Below are positions 38,805-50,300 of a stretch of DNA of 64,000 bases, one piece after another. This stretch comes from Candidatus Cloacimonadales bacterium. Lineage in GTDB: Bacteria; Cloacimonadota; Cloacimonadia; Cloacimonadales; DAONDQ01. The DNA lies in assembly GCA_963662275.1 (NCBI GenBank), contig OY759316.1, positions 1,024,001 to 1,088,000 of the forward strand, written 5' to 3'. How positions within the stretch are numbered: the stretch's first letter is position 1; the number at the start of each line of letters is the position of its first letter. Below the pieces are notes generated by a model that searched no databases, was not told the origin of the DNA, and saw only the letters and a program-made list of their open reading frames with translations. Made by a program: the position numbers and the translations under genes.

Positions 38805-38838
38805 AAAAAAGGCGAATGAATTACTCATTCGCCTTTTT
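38805..38838. terminator. Bidirectional intrinsic terminator
   Basis: AAAAAAGGCGAATGA-ATTAC-TCATTCGCCTTTTT between convergent genes. Confidence 0.85.
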
Positions 38839-38843
38839 ATTAT

Positions 38844-38873
38844 GTAGGGATAGACCCACGTGTCTATCCCTAC
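38844..38873. repeat. GTAG REP, family GGATAGACCCACGTGTCTATCC
   Basis: GTAGGGATAGACCCACGTGTCTATCCCTAC; further copies at 39776, 39829-39854 and 46621. Confidence 0.85.
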
Positions 38874-38877
38874 AATA

Positions 38878-39750
38878 TTACAATAATTGGAATGCGATAC
38901 CTAATCCTAATGTTTCTTTAAACTGGACTGCTTTTTCCTGTTCTTTGTTATAGAGCATTTCCAAGTATAAGTTCAAAGTAATTACTTTGTAGATTTTCAT
39001 GCCAAAGGTATTTTCCCAAGTGAAGTCAGTAGTTTTCCAGTCATTATTCAAATCCTTTGATTTTGAATTGTAGAGAGCCTGGAATATTTGTAATCGGCTA
39101 TTAAAAGTGAGTTCTTTGGGTTTATAGATTTGATTATAAACTGCTACAAATTCGATACCTGCATCACTTTCAGTAGTGGTTTTTCTTTCCATGGTGACCG
39201 TATTCAATTTATCACGATCAACTCTCTGACGAACCGCAGCGCCAAGCCTGGTATTGAGTGTATGATCTTCATTGGTGATGATCGTACGTGCCATACCTGC
39301 TGCTTCAGTAAACTGGGAGGGATTTAGCATCCTTGTTTTGGCTGGATCTGAAAAATCAACGAACTGGCTCTCCATTCTCCCACTGATAAAGGGGTCAACA
39401 TAAGCATGTAAGGTGAAACGGAAAATGGTTTCAAAGTCAATTTTATCAGTTGTTTTTTCAGGTTTATCCCAATAACGTTTTCCCATGGCATCTAATTTTT
39501 GAGAATGAGTTTGTCCGAACGCAAGCTTCAAGGTGTTTTTACTGAGGATTAAATCTGAGATTTGTTTATCAGCAGTTGTATTTGAAGTGGAAGCCCAGGA
39601 AATGCTTCCGAGTTCTGTACCTGCCCAATTATTGCTATAGGCATTCTGGGTAAGTGATAAATTAAAATTGGATTGATACTTCCAGTTTTCTGCACTCAAA
39701 GCAGCAGAGAGCAACACAAATATACAAATAATCGTAACATGCATTTTCAT
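38878..39750 (-). CDS. Outer-membrane protein, DUF3078-like
   Basis: Signal peptide; TQNAYSNNWAG, DKIDF, QFKETLGLG. Confidence 0.7.
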   Translation of the reverse strand: MKMHVTIICIFVLLSAALSAENWKYQSNFNLSLTQNAYSNNWAGTELGSISWASTSNTTADKQISDLILSKNTLKLAFGQTHSQKLDAMGKRYWDKPEKTTDKIDFETIFRFTLHAYVDPFISGRMESQFVDFSDPAKTRMLNPSQFTEAAGMARTIITNEDHTLNTRLGAAVRQRVDRDKLNTVTMERKTTTESDAGIEFVAVYNQIYKPKELTFNSRLQIFQALYNSKSKDLNNDWKTTDFTWENTFGMKIYKVITLNLYLEMLYNKEQEKAVQFKETLGLGIAFQLL

Positions 39751-39775
39751 AAATCCTCCTTTTGGATATTTTCTT

Positions 39776-39854
39776 GTAGGGATAGACCCACGTGTCTATC
39801 CTCTTAGAGAAAAATCATTTTGCATATTGGATAGACACATGGGTCTATCCCTAC
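39776..39854. repeat. REP doublet (REPIN-like), GGATAGAC family
   Basis: Forward copy 39776-39801 and inverted copy 39829-39854. Confidence 0.85.
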
Positions 39855-40622
39855 CTATACATTAAGCTCGCGATCTAAAGCCAGTTTGACATTTTCTATT
39901 GTTTCATACATGACTTTTGTATGATCAGCGGTTCTAACGTATAAGTGTACTGCAAGATTCACATTATCTCCGGCGAGTTCCAACACAAAAATATTTGCAG
40001 GTGGACTCTTAAGAATTCGTTCATCCTGATCAAGAACAGCTTTGATAATATTCTTGGCTTTTTGAAGATCATCTTTTTTTGCAATACTGAAAACCAGATC
40101 AACACGCCTTACTGGCATTGCAGATAAATTGATGATGATATCTGATGTGATCTTTGCATTTGGAATTATAATCTTCTTGTTATCGGGAGACAACAAGATG
40201 GATGTGAAAATCTGTATTTCGTCAACTTTACCAGTAATACTGCCCACTTGTATCGTATCACCAACATTGAATGGACGAAAAATCAGGATCATTACACCTG
40301 CTGCAAAATTTGATAGTGAACCTTGTAATGCCAAGCCAATGGCTAAGCCTGCCGCTCCAATCATAGCAACGAAGGAAGTGGTCTGTATTCCAATTTTTCC
40401 GATAGCAGCAATCACCACAAAGATCATAATCGTTGTGAAAGTAAGGTTTGTGGTAAAAGTAGCAAGGGTAAGACTCATTTTAGATTTATGAGCTATTTTA
40501 CGTACGGTTTTCGATAATAGATGGGCAATAATCCAACCAATTACCAGGATCAGTATAGCTGCGAAAAGCTTTGGTACAAAAAGCAACAACTTTGATATAA
40601 TTGTGTTATAATCTATATTCAT
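39855..40622 (-). CDS. mscS: Small-conductance mechanosensitive channel
   Basis: GAAGLAIGLALQGSLSNFAAG, FRPFNVGD, IPN, RRVD. Confidence 0.93.
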   Translation of the reverse strand: MNIDYNTIISKLLLFVPKLFAAILILVIGWIIAHLLSKTVRKIAHKSKMSLTLATFTTNLTFTTIMIFVVIAAIGKIGIQTTSFVAMIGAAGLAIGLALQGSLSNFAAGVMILIFRPFNVGDTIQVGSITGKVDEIQIFTSILLSPDNKKIIIPNAKITSDIIINLSAMPVRRVDLVFSIAKKDDLQKAKNIIKAVLDQDERILKSPPANIFVLELAGDNVNLAVHLYVRTADHTKVMYETIENVKLALDRELNV

Positions 40623-40721
40623 AAATCCTCCATATTAGTTCATTATTATCTGATGATCGGGATATTTATGTGCTTTTACAATCTAAATATATCCATACTT
40701 CGTCAGATGTACAGTTAGCAT

Positions 40722-42515
40722 TTACTTCAGAAGTATCATTTTTTTAGTTATAGATTCCTTTCCTGCTGATAAACTATACAAATATACACCTGAAGCTAAC
40801 TTTCTTCCTTTCTTATCCGTTCCGTCCCATTGGTATGCATGGTTTCCCTTCGCTTGAAATTCATTCTTCAATTGGTTCACTAACTCTCCTTTAATATTGT
40901 AAATACTCAAAGTAACCCGGGTTTGTTTCTGAAGTTCATAGCTGATACTAGTTATTGTTGAGAAGGGATTAGGGTAATTGCTGGATTTCAGGATTGAACT
41001 GATGGATGTCTGATGTTCGTCATCATTAATAACAGCACTTTGATATTGAATAGGTACGTCAATAGCCGTATTATCCAGGATGATCCTGAGATTAGTCTGA
41101 TACAGATTACCTGTATTTATGCTCTGTGTTTGCGGTATCAATACGATATGAGTACTATCTCCGAGTGTTAGTATCGTGGGAAATGGATCATGTTCAACTA
41201 CCCAGGTTATGCCTGCAAACGATGAATCAAACAAACAGTCTTCAATCATCACTTCCGCTTCATTGAAGACATCCTGAATGGCGATACTAAATGGTTGATT
41301 CATTTGTAATGATGTTGGGATTATCAAAGTATCTGGTGAAACCCTGATATATTGGACAGGTCTGATATCAACAATGGCTCCTTCAATCATAGTAAATCCA
41401 AACGGCAGGTCATCAGGCAGTAGATACCAACCATCGTAAGCAGAAGCATAACCGAAATTCAAATGATAAAATTCATTCGTATTATATCCATCAACCACTA
41501 CATTATGTCCCGATCTTTGATCTGTTGATTCAATAGCAAGATGCACCGGCATTGCATTCATGATATTTTCCGAAATGCTTGTGTACATCTCAGCGTTCTC
41601 TTCAGTCAGTAGTTGCGCCGTACTAAAGTGAAACCTCAGGTAAGCCTGATGAGCTTGATTGACACTAAATGTTCCCGAACCTTCAGAAGTAAATACCTGG
41701 TTAGCAGCCGCCCCACAAGCAAATGCTAATGCAGCTTCATCAGAATCAGTTATTTCTTCCTGGTAGCGATAATGATGCATCATTATTTGAAGATACTGAT
41801 TCAATTCTGGAAAAGAAGGGAATGAATATGTTGCGAAGTCATCATCTATCCAGTAATTATTACCTGCGTAAATATGATGATAATCATCTACATCAGTGAA
41901 GCTCATTCCATTGATGGAAGCGTAATAACTGACGATTTGCCCCATAGCAATAGCAGGACATCCAGCAAGACTGCGGATTCCAGTAACCAAATCCATGGGG
42001 CAGAACATATTATAAGGAGCGCTTTGTGTCCATTGCGTTTTTATCCATCCACCAGATGCTGTTGTTCCTTCAGGAGGCCATTGCTGGAAGCGCTGCTGTT
42101 GTCGATTTTCAAAAAGATTTACCCATGCCTCATGGTGTCTGGATATTACATTCCGTGGTACCGAATTCAGATTGTTTATCCTTAGTTCCAGATCATGAAT
42201 GATAATATCTTCCAGTATGTTATCCTGATTCGAAGAGTCGTTGAACGTCGAAGTTGTGGAATAGGCTAAGACGGGTGGAAGCTCATCATCTCCTGAAATT
42301 ACTATATAGCCAATAGGTGCCAGATGATACACATACGCTAGCAATCTATCACACTTCTGAATACTGGAAGTTCTTGAAATTGTGAGATGAGTTGCCTGAT
42401 CTATTCTCGACAGATGTCTTACGGCAGCTATCCGTGCTTTTGAACTGTCAATCGGAATTGCGTAGAGATGACTTAGTATGAATATGCACAAGATAATAGA
42501 GTAAATTTTAAACAT
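40722..42515 (-). CDS. C10-family cysteine peptidase (streptopain-like) with prodomain and FlgD-Ig/T9SS-like tail
   Basis: QW-x-Q-x-x-PYN, catalytic AGCPAIAMGQ, GHNVVVDGY, HLNFG; YPNPF...WDG...KMILLK tail. Confidence 0.88.
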   Translation of the reverse strand: MFKIYSIILCIFILSHLYAIPIDSSKARIAAVRHLSRIDQATHLTISRTSSIQKCDRLLAYVYHLAPIGYIVISGDDELPPVLAYSTTSTFNDSSNQDNILEDIIIHDLELRINNLNSVPRNVISRHHEAWVNLFENRQQQRFQQWPPEGTTASGGWIKTQWTQSAPYNMFCPMDLVTGIRSLAGCPAIAMGQIVSYYASINGMSFTDVDDYHHIYAGNNYWIDDDFATYSFPSFPELNQYLQIMMHHYRYQEEITDSDEAALAFACGAAANQVFTSEGSGTFSVNQAHQAYLRFHFSTAQLLTEENAEMYTSISENIMNAMPVHLAIESTDQRSGHNVVVDGYNTNEFYHLNFGYASAYDGWYLLPDDLPFGFTMIEGAIVDIRPVQYIRVSPDTLIIPTSLQMNQPFSIAIQDVFNEAEVMIEDCLFDSSFAGITWVVEHDPFPTILTLGDSTHIVLIPQTQSINTGNLYQTNLRIILDNTAIDVPIQYQSAVINDDEHQTSISSILKSSNYPNPFSTITSISYELQKQTRVTLSIYNIKGELVNQLKNEFQAKGNHAYQWDGTDKKGRKLASGVYLYSLSAGKESITKKMILLK

Positions 42516-42541
42516 ACAATTCTGTATTCCTTACATGCCTC

Positions 42542-42630
42542 GTAGAGACGTTCAACTTGCGCGTCTCTTTTTTTCCTGTGAATTTCATGAGACACCCAGG
42601 TTACGAGACGCCCAAGTTGGGCGTCTCTAC
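42542..42630. repeat. REP doublet, GAGACGCCCAAGTTGGGCGTCTC family
   Basis: GTAGAGACGTTCAACTTGCGCGTCTC (42542-42567) and inverted GAGACGCCCAAGTTGGGCGTCTCTAC (42605-42630). Confidence 0.85.
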
Positions 42631-42632
42631 GG

Positions 42633-45600
42633 TTATTTTGGTATTGTGAAATAAAAGGTTGAGCCTTTTCCAACTACGCTTTCAGCCCAAACTTCTCCTT
42701 TATGTCGTTGAATGATTTTTTTTACGATAGCTAATCCAATCCCATTTCCTTCGAAATCGTTCTGTGAATGTAAGCGCTGAAACGAACCAAAAATCTTGCT
42801 AACATAATTCATATCAAAACCTACACCACTATCGTTGATAAAGAATACAATCTCATGTTCTCGATCGATACTTCCTATCTCAATTCTTTTTTCAACTTGT
42901 GGAAGGGTAAACTTAACTGCATTCGTGATTAGATTTTGCCAGACTTGTCTCATCAGTATAGCATCAGCTTGAACAACAGGCAATGTATTGATCCGGAAGT
43001 CGAAGAGGACCCTAGTGTCTTCGGGGATAATGGAATTCAGTAGATCTGATACTAATTCATACATGTTTAATTCTTTATAGTTCATGGAATATGGATTAAG
43101 ATTTGCTAATTCCAAGAGTTCCATAATCAGGCTATCCATTCTTAAGGCATTACTTTTAATAACATGAAGCAACTTCTTTCCTTCTACATCTAAAATCGAA
43201 TCATAATCTTCTAGTAAAATCGTAGAAAAACCGTCAATTGACCGGAGTGGCGAACGCAAATCATGAGCGACTGTATAAGAAAATGATTCCAGTTCCTTAT
43301 TTACTGATTGAAGCTGAAGAGTGCGTTCTTCTACTTTCGCTTCCAAATCTATTGCATGTTGTTTAATTGCTTCTATCAAGCGCAACTGCTGCATCACGAT
43401 GGACAATTGATTAGCAAACTCTAACGCACTTGCTTGATACTTTTCTATAAAGAAATTTGGAATATCAGATGTAAAGCCTAAGAATCCCAAGAGTTCATCT
43501 TTCACAATCAAGGCGATATACATATATGAGGATTGTCCATTTTCAACCAGTTTTGTCCATACTAGGTTGCTATCAGGATTTAATGCAATATTAACATCAT
43601 TAATTATAACTAATTTCCGGTTTTGAAGAATGTCAGTATAAGCTTTGCTTATAGGGTAAGATTTTCCAACAGCAATAAAGGAGAGGATTTCGGAATTAAG
43701 TGATACAGCTCTGACAGTGTTTATTGATGACTCAATCTCATTAACAGTAATTAATGAACAAGGTATTAATTCTAAAAGTTTAGCCAAGACAGTTTTACAT
43801 ACGGTATCAAAAGACAAGGTTTCGAGGACAATGCTGTCAATTTCATGCAGGATTTCCATTCGCTTGGCATAATTGTTTCGTTCTTCTTCTGCCAGTTTAC
43901 GATCTGTGATATCCAGGGATATTCCACCAAGAAGTTCATCGGCTTTATCTCTTTGAATTGCAAACTTGATTGTCTCATAAATATGGATTTTCCCATCAGG
44001 GTGATGTACACTTACTTCCCTGTCCTGGTAACCCTTATCCCAAACACGAAAATCTGCATCTGCCATGAACTCACTTAATTCAGGATGGAATATCTCTTCA
44101 GCAGTCTTATTTATCCAACTGGCAGCATTGAGGTTTTCAATTAAATAACGATTTACGTAGATGATTTTACCATTCTTATCTTTGATGAATATACCACCAG
44201 GCAGCAAATCCATAAATAGCTCGAAGCGGGATTGACTTTCTTTCAACGCGATTTCAGCTTTTTTACGAGCTGTGACGTCCAGCGATAATCCCCCGATCAT
44301 AACAGTTCCGTCTTCACTTAGTATCTTAAATTTGGTGGTATCAAAGTAATAAATATCTCCGCTAGGATTAATGATGGAGTCACTCATCTGATAAAATCCT
44401 GCTTCAAGAGCCTGTTTATCACTGCTTTTAACTTCAGCTATTTCATCCTGTGGAAGTATTTCTTCTGTTGTTTTACCAATCCAACTTGCAGCTCCATGAA
44501 CTTCCCTCATCACTTTATTCACATAAATGATCCGACTATCCTTATCCTTAATAAACACATTTCCTGGAATATTATCCATAAATAGCACGAAGCGTGATTG
44601 ACTTTCTTTCAAGGCGATTTCAGCTTTCTTTCTGGCAGTAATATCCGTTGAAATATGTATCACTTTATCTAGTTGACCTTGATTGTCGTAAATCGGTTTA
44701 CAGGATACAACGTAGTATCCTCCCAAGGCTTCAACTTCCATTTCTTCCACATAAGTTTCTTCTGTTGGGACAATGTTCCTGAATGGACATTCGAGTGGAG
44801 GTTCAGTAGCATTTTCTCCGTGGAAGATTAGCCAGCATTTCTGACCTTCCATTTGCTCTTGTGTTTTGTCTAAGTCTATTTCAGCTAATCTGTTGGCTCT
44901 AATAATATTCTGTTGGCTATCAAGAATGACCGTTGGGTGAGGAATTGCGTCGAAAATGTCTTCCCATTCTTGTTTCGCATTTTTCAGGTTGATTTCTACC
45001 ATCTTCCGTTCCACAATCTCACCAACGATCTTAGCAACAGTTTGCAGTTTTCGCTTTGCTTGTTCTATGATATAGGGAGGTCTAGTTTCATATAGAAGTG
45101 CCTTTTTTCGGAGTTCATCCACATCTGCCTGGAATCTTTCTGCCACTTCACTTAATTCAGGGTCACTAGTTGGCGGATTACCATAACTGAGATTAATACA
45201 GCCAATCACACCGGTGGAAGTTAGTATGGGAACAGTATAAACATGCAGACCATCGGGGCTTTCCACATCACTTTCCTGTCCGGAGTTCATTACATTCTGA
45301 GCAATCTCTTTCCACTGTCTAATATGACAATGGCGGGTATTTTCATACTTCACTGGAATTGATTCATCCTCGTTTTGTTTGGATACTTTATCCAGGTACT
45401 GGCACCAAGCTGAAGATAAAAGGACTGTAGCATAATCACCATTATTTTCATAAACTGCAGCGGATGTATCCAATAAAGAAATATAATCGCTCATCAATTC
45501 CTTTAAAACATCCAACCCCACTGAATCCACAATGAGCCTGTTAGCATTCAGGTCGTTTAAATCCCAGTAAACTGAAACGATATCCGATTCCACATGTTGT

Positions 45601-46604
45601 TTAGTGAGCATCCATTCGATACTGCGAAGAGCCGATTCCTGTTTCCTGCGTTCTGTGATATCAGTGAAAACACATTGAGTGGCAAGGAAACTGCTATCTT
45701 CATGCTTCACGATTTTTCCATCAAAGCTAACAAGTATTTGTGAACCATCTTTTTTCACCAGCTTGAATTCAATACCTTCCATATGACCATGAGCTTTAAA
45801 TTCTGGGAAACAGCAACCAACATGTTCCAAATCATCAGGGCTGAGAAACTCGGTAAAATTCTTGCCGATGACATCTTGTGCTGCATATCCGAGTGCATGT
45901 AACCAGGATTCATTAACGGTCATAATATTCCCGTTTATATCTAGTGACTGGTAGGGAATGGGAGCTTGTTCGTACAAATTTCGTAATTGCTTCTCACTGA
46001 TTTCCAACTCATTTTTTTCCTGTCTGCGTTGGATTCTGCGAGCTATTATCTTTCCCAAAACTACGGTTACAATTGGATAAATAATGATAACAGGAAGCGA
46101 TATCCCCCTATAGACATCAAACCTGATTTTTGTAGGGAGTAAGATGGTTAATGATAGCATCGTGATATGGGTGACAATTCCCAAAGTGTATAGGAGAAAG
46201 AAACTATATGGTATATTCCATCTGTTCCTGAGTGCTTTCCATAGGAAACCCCAGAGAACTGATGCAATAATAACTGAGCAACCCATATAAATACCAGCTC
46301 CTCCCTTCCATATTCGATAAAGTAGGGCAAGGATGGCTGCGATACAGGTAGGCAAAATGCCAAAGAATAAGGCAGATAAGCTTAATAAGATTGAACGTGT
46401 ATCAAATACTACTCCTGGTTTTAATACCCAAGGATTCAGCATAATGGCAAGAACAATGATTCCCAGGCTGATTCCGGTCAGAATTTTTGATATTAGCGTG
46501 TTACGATAACCTTGCAGGGTAACGGAATCGAAAATAATACCTAGAGCTAACAATAAGGCTGCATTATAAATCAGACCGATAAAAATACCTTGAATCATTG
46601 TCAC
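42633..46604 (-). CDS. Multi-sensor histidine kinase (5TM-LYT, PAS x4, PocR-like, GAF, HisKA, HATPase)
   Basis: GVVFDTRS LytS-type TM region, several PAS/PAC units, VAHDLRSPL, NAVKF, DSGVGF, GIGLA. Confidence 0.92.
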   Translation of the reverse strand: MTMIQGIFIGLIYNAALLLALGIIFDSVTLQGYRNTLISKILTGISLGIIVLAIMLNPWVLKPGVVFDTRSILLSLSALFFGILPTCIAAILALLYRIWKGGAGIYMGCSVIIASVLWGFLWKALRNRWNIPYSFFLLYTLGIVTHITMLSLTILLPTKIRFDVYRGISLPVIIIYPIVTVVLGKIIARRIQRRQEKNELEISEKQLRNLYEQAPIPYQSLDINGNIMTVNESWLHALGYAAQDVIGKNFTEFLSPDDLEHVGCCFPEFKAHGHMEGIEFKLVKKDGSQILVSFDGKIVKHEDSSFLATQCVFTDITERRKQESALRSIEWMLTKQHVESDIVSVYWDLNDLNANRLIVDSVGLDVLKELMSDYISLLDTSAAVYENNGDYATVLLSSAWCQYLDKVSKQNEDESIPVKYENTRHCHIRQWKEIAQNVMNSGQESDVESPDGLHVYTVPILTSTGVIGCINLSYGNPPTSDPELSEVAERFQADVDELRKKALLYETRPPYIIEQAKRKLQTVAKIVGEIVERKMVEINLKNAKQEWEDIFDAIPHPTVILDSQQNIIRANRLAEIDLDKTQEQMEGQKCWLIFHGENATEPPLECPFRNIVPTEETYVEEMEVEALGGYYVVSCKPIYDNQGQLDKVIHISTDITARKKAEIALKESQSRFVLFMDNIPGNVFIKDKDSRIIYVNKVMREVHGAASWIGKTTEEILPQDEIAEVKSSDKQALEAGFYQMSDSIINPSGDIYYFDTTKFKILSEDGTVMIGGLSLDVTARKKAEIALKESQSRFELFMDLLPGGIFIKDKNGKIIYVNRYLIENLNAASWINKTAEEIFHPELSEFMADADFRVWDKGYQDREVSVHHPDGKIHIYETIKFAIQRDKADELLGGISLDITDRKLAEEERNNYAKRMEILHEIDSIVLETLSFDTVCKTVLAKLLELIPCSLITVNEIESSINTVRAVSLNSEILSFIAVGKSYPISKAYTDILQNRKLVIINDVNIALNPDSNLVWTKLVENGQSSYMYIALIVKDELLGFLGFTSDIPNFFIEKYQASALEFANQLSIVMQQLRLIEAIKQHAIDLEAKVEERTLQLQSVNKELESFSYTVAHDLRSPLRSIDGFSTILLEDYDSILDVEGKKLLHVIKSNALRMDSLIMELLELANLNPYSMNYKELNMYELVSDLLNSIIPEDTRVLFDFRINTLPVVQADAILMRQVWQNLITNAVKFTLPQVEKRIEIGSIDREHEIVFFINDSGVGFDMNYVSKIFGSFQRLHSQNDFEGNGIGLAIVKKIIQRHKGEVWAESVVGKGSTFYFTIPK

Positions 46605-46620
46605 CTCTGATATTAATGAA

Positions 46621-46646
46621 GTAGGGATAGACCCACGTGTCTATCC
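46621..46646 (+). repeat. GTAG REP, GGATAGAC family
   Basis: GTAGGGATAGACCCACGTGTCTATCC. Confidence 0.85.
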
Positions 46647-46690
46647 AAAATGAATTCCAGTTTCTGGAGTTCATATGAAAGTTGAGATTT

Positions 46691-46855
46691 TGGAATTCAT
46701 ATGCCCAATTTCTTTATCATTGAATATCTTGCTAAAGGGGCATGTGGACTTCATAATCGAATTTTTGCTACCGGTGATGAAATTCCGTATCATGAAGTCC
46801 ACTTGTCCTTTTAATCATATGTTCATTTGAATATAGCTAGGACAAATGAACTCCA
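46691..46855. repeat. Two hairpin modules in opposite orientation (63 + 63 nt)
   Basis: 46691-46753 (TGGAATTC...GGACTTCA) and 46793-46855 (TGAAGTCC...GAACTCCA); extra half-sites nearby. Confidence 0.75.
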
Positions 46856-46901
46856 GATACTTAGAATGTTATCTTGGCATGTTGAACTCCAAGTTTTTCA
46901 A

Positions 46902-47342
46902 TTAATTAACAGGCGGTGGTTCGTTTATCACGAGCCAATACAATCCTAAATGATTGATCGCTTCGGCAAATTGATTGAAATCTACCGGCTTACGGATATA
47001 ACTGTTAGCACCGTTATCATAACTTGATGCTACATCGATATCTTCTTTGGAAGAAGTAAGAACCACAACTGGTAAGCGTTTGGTTTTTGGATGCGACCGA
47101 ATGTTTTTCAGGATTGTCAACCCGTCAATTTTTGGCAGTTTCAGATCAAGTAGTACGACCGTTGGTAGATCATTGATATCCCTAGCAGAATATTTACCTG
47201 TGCAGAACAGATAATTCATCGCTTCTTCTCCATCTTCCACAACAATCAAGTTGTTGCAAATATGACTTTTATTTAAAGCGCGTTTTGTCAATTCTACATC
47301 ACTGGGGTTGTCTTCCACTAAAAGGATGGTTTTTGTATTCAT
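46902..47342 (-). CDS. Single-domain response regulator (Rcp1-like)
   Basis: LLVEDNPSD, LLDLKLP, VLTSS, ANSYIRKP, YW. Confidence 0.94.
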   Translation of the reverse strand: MNTKTILLVEDNPSDVELTKRALNKSHICNNLIVVEDGEEAMNYLFCTGKYSARDINDLPTVVLLDLKLPKIDGLTILKNIRSHPKTKRLPVVVLTSSKEDIDVASSYDNGANSYIRKPVDFNQFAEAINHLGLYWLVINEPPPVN

Positions 47343-50300
47343 GAATCCTCCTTAAGAGTAAAGTAAAAAATCGCATATTTATTGATTTCAGCATTTGCCC
47401 AAATTTTTCCACCATGCCTGTTAATTATTCTTTTAACGGTAGCTAGACCAATACCAGTACCAGCAAAATCGGAAGCTTTATGCAGACGCTGGAAAGTTCC
47501 AAACAGCTTATCTACATAAAGCATATCAAATCCAACTCCGTTATCTTTAATATAATATACTAATTTTCCATCTATTTGAGAGCGTCCAAATTCAATTCTT
47601 GCTTGATTTCTTGTCTGCGTATATTTGAAGGCATTATCAAATAGGTCGATTAAGACAATTTCCATGAGCTGAAAGTCGCCTTGATCGAGCATATCGGGTT
47701 GAATGTTTACGACAATGAATCTATTCTTGTTTATAGATTTTAGACGTTGACTTACTATCTCAGCCATCTTGCTCAGATTGAGTTCCTCAAACTCCATTTC
47801 TTCCCTGGATACATGTGCTAGCCTCAAAAGAGCATCTATCACTTGTCCCATATTTTGAGCTTCAGCGCGAATTGTTTCTAAATGTCTTTTCCCCTGAGCA
47901 TCTAATACGTTGCTGTAATCTTCTAACAATACCATACTCCAGCCATCTATACCCCGCAAAAAGGTGCGTAAATCATGTGATACAGAATAGGAGAAGGCTT
48001 CCAATTCTTTATATGCAGCAGATAATTGCTTTGTGCGATCGATGACTTTTTGCTCAAGACTTTCATTTAACAATCTAATGACTTCTTCGGTTTTTTTTCT
48101 ATCCGTGATATCTTGGATGACACCAACGACTTTCATCGGATTGTTGTTTTCGTCCCTGATCAGGACTGCTTTTGATGTGATGATCTTGGTAGCGCTATGA
48201 TTGGCAGGATGTATTTCAAAATCAAGATCATATGTTTTATCCTCTTCAATCAAATCCACTAAAGCCTGGTGAATTCTTTCTTTTTCAGGGATACATGCTT
48301 CTATTTGTTCGATTGGCATCTGACTGGTTTCCTGGGGTAATCCATAAATCCTGAGACTTTCTTCAGATCCCCAGATAGTATCACTTTTCAGATCATATTC
48401 CCAACTGCCAATGTGACCAATAGCTTGAGACATCTTGAGTCTTTCCTGGTTAATTCTAATCTCCCCTTCTGCTTTTGTACGTTCAGTAACATCCATAAAG
48501 AAAGCGGTAACACGTCTTTCACCAGTTTGAATTGCCCTGATATCATAAGCGCCTGAGATTGTCATATCATGATAGACGTAGTCAATGCTGGCAAATGGTT
48601 CACCAGTCAAAGCTACTCTGCGGTAGATCTCAGGAATTTCACTTGTTGCATGCATGGGAAATACTTCCTCAATTTTTCTACCGATAAAAGGCTTATGATC
48701 AAAACCAAGAATCTCATTGGCAGATAAATTGAAGTTAGAAAAGATTAATTCATTATTTTCATCCACAACATAAGTATGAGCACCGAAAGGAACTTTGTCA
48801 ATTACTGATTGTAGCCTTTCTAATGCAACTTGAAGTTTGACTTCTACCTGCTTGCGTTCCGTGATATCCTGAGCAGCTCCAAGAAGTCCAACAATTTTGC
48901 CATTCGCATCGCATTCGACTTTTCCATGCACCCACATCCATCCATTACTACCATCTTTTCGAACAGTCTCTAATTCTAAATCATAAGGATTTCCTGTTTT
49001 AGTTGTATTAGCCAAAGCTGTTGACAACCTCTCCCAACTTTCACGTGTAAATAATTTTTGGTGTTCAGTATAAGGAGGTGGCGGAAGCTCTGGATCAAAG
49101 TCATACATTCTGTAGAGCTCATTCGTCCATTTTACCTGATTGCTTGCAAGATCCAATCGCCAACTACCAATCTTAGCAATTCGCTGTGTTTCATTTAAAT
49201 CCTTCTCGCTTAATCGAAGAGCAATTTCAGCATTATATCTGTCAGTAATATCCTGCCACTGGGCGATGGTTGTTAATAAGTATGAGCCATCCTTAGAGTA
49301 GATGTTTGCAGAATTCCACAAGGCTATTCGCACCATATCATCTTTTGTTTGAATCGGAATTTCCACTACATCCCAGTTTTCTCCGGCTGATGTTTCCATA
49401 ATCTTATGGAATGATACATCTCTGCTTACTTCAGGAAACAAAATCTTGAGATACATACCAATCACTTCATTGCTTTCATAACCGGTCATTCTCTCGAAAG
49501 CATGGTTAAATCTCGTTATTTTGTATTCATTATCCCAGACAATGATCGGTGCATTGGCACAGTTAAACAGGGATTCAAGATACTCTGTAGTTTCCTTCAG
49601 TTGATCAGTAATTTGCTTTTTCAAAGTAATATCGCTGACTGAAGATAAAAAGAAAAGTGGTTGATTACTCGCATCTTTTTGTATTGTAGTTTGCAATTCC
49701 ACCCAGACAATACTGCCGTTCTTATGGAGATAACGCTTTTCAAATCTAACACTCTTTGCTTCGCCTGCTAAAAGCATATCGATATGATGTTGACTTACAT
49801 CAATATCATCGGGATATGTAATCTCAGTCCAATTCGCTGCATGGAATTCCTCTTCTGTGTATCCTAGAATATCACAAAAAGCTTTATTGACCTTCAAATC
49901 GCCATTCATATAAGTGAGAGAGATGCCAACCGGTGAGTTGGTGAAGATGTTACGGAAATTCTCTTCACTGATCTGCAAAGCTTCTTCTGCTCTTTTATGC
50001 TCAGTGATATCCCTGATAATAGCTTGCTGTAAGATTTCATCGTCGATCGATATAGAACGGATACTTGCTTCCACCTCGATATGTCTGCCATCCTTTGCCA
50101 GGTGAGTAATCTCCATGCGGATCCCTTCTTTAGCAAGTGAGTCCCAATCGAAATCACTTTGCAGATGGCGCATAGAAGTTAAACGTAAATCATCAAGATT
50201 CAATTTTACCAGTTCGTCTTCTGTATAGCCATAAGTATCGATTGCCTTTTGATTTACATCAATGATATTGCGGTTTTTATCCAAGGTCAAGATGATATCA

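Noticed and set aside
44210..44645. Duplicated sequence encoding TARKKAEIALKESQSRF in the kinase
   Set aside because: Ordinary PAS-module duplication within a multi-PAS kinase.
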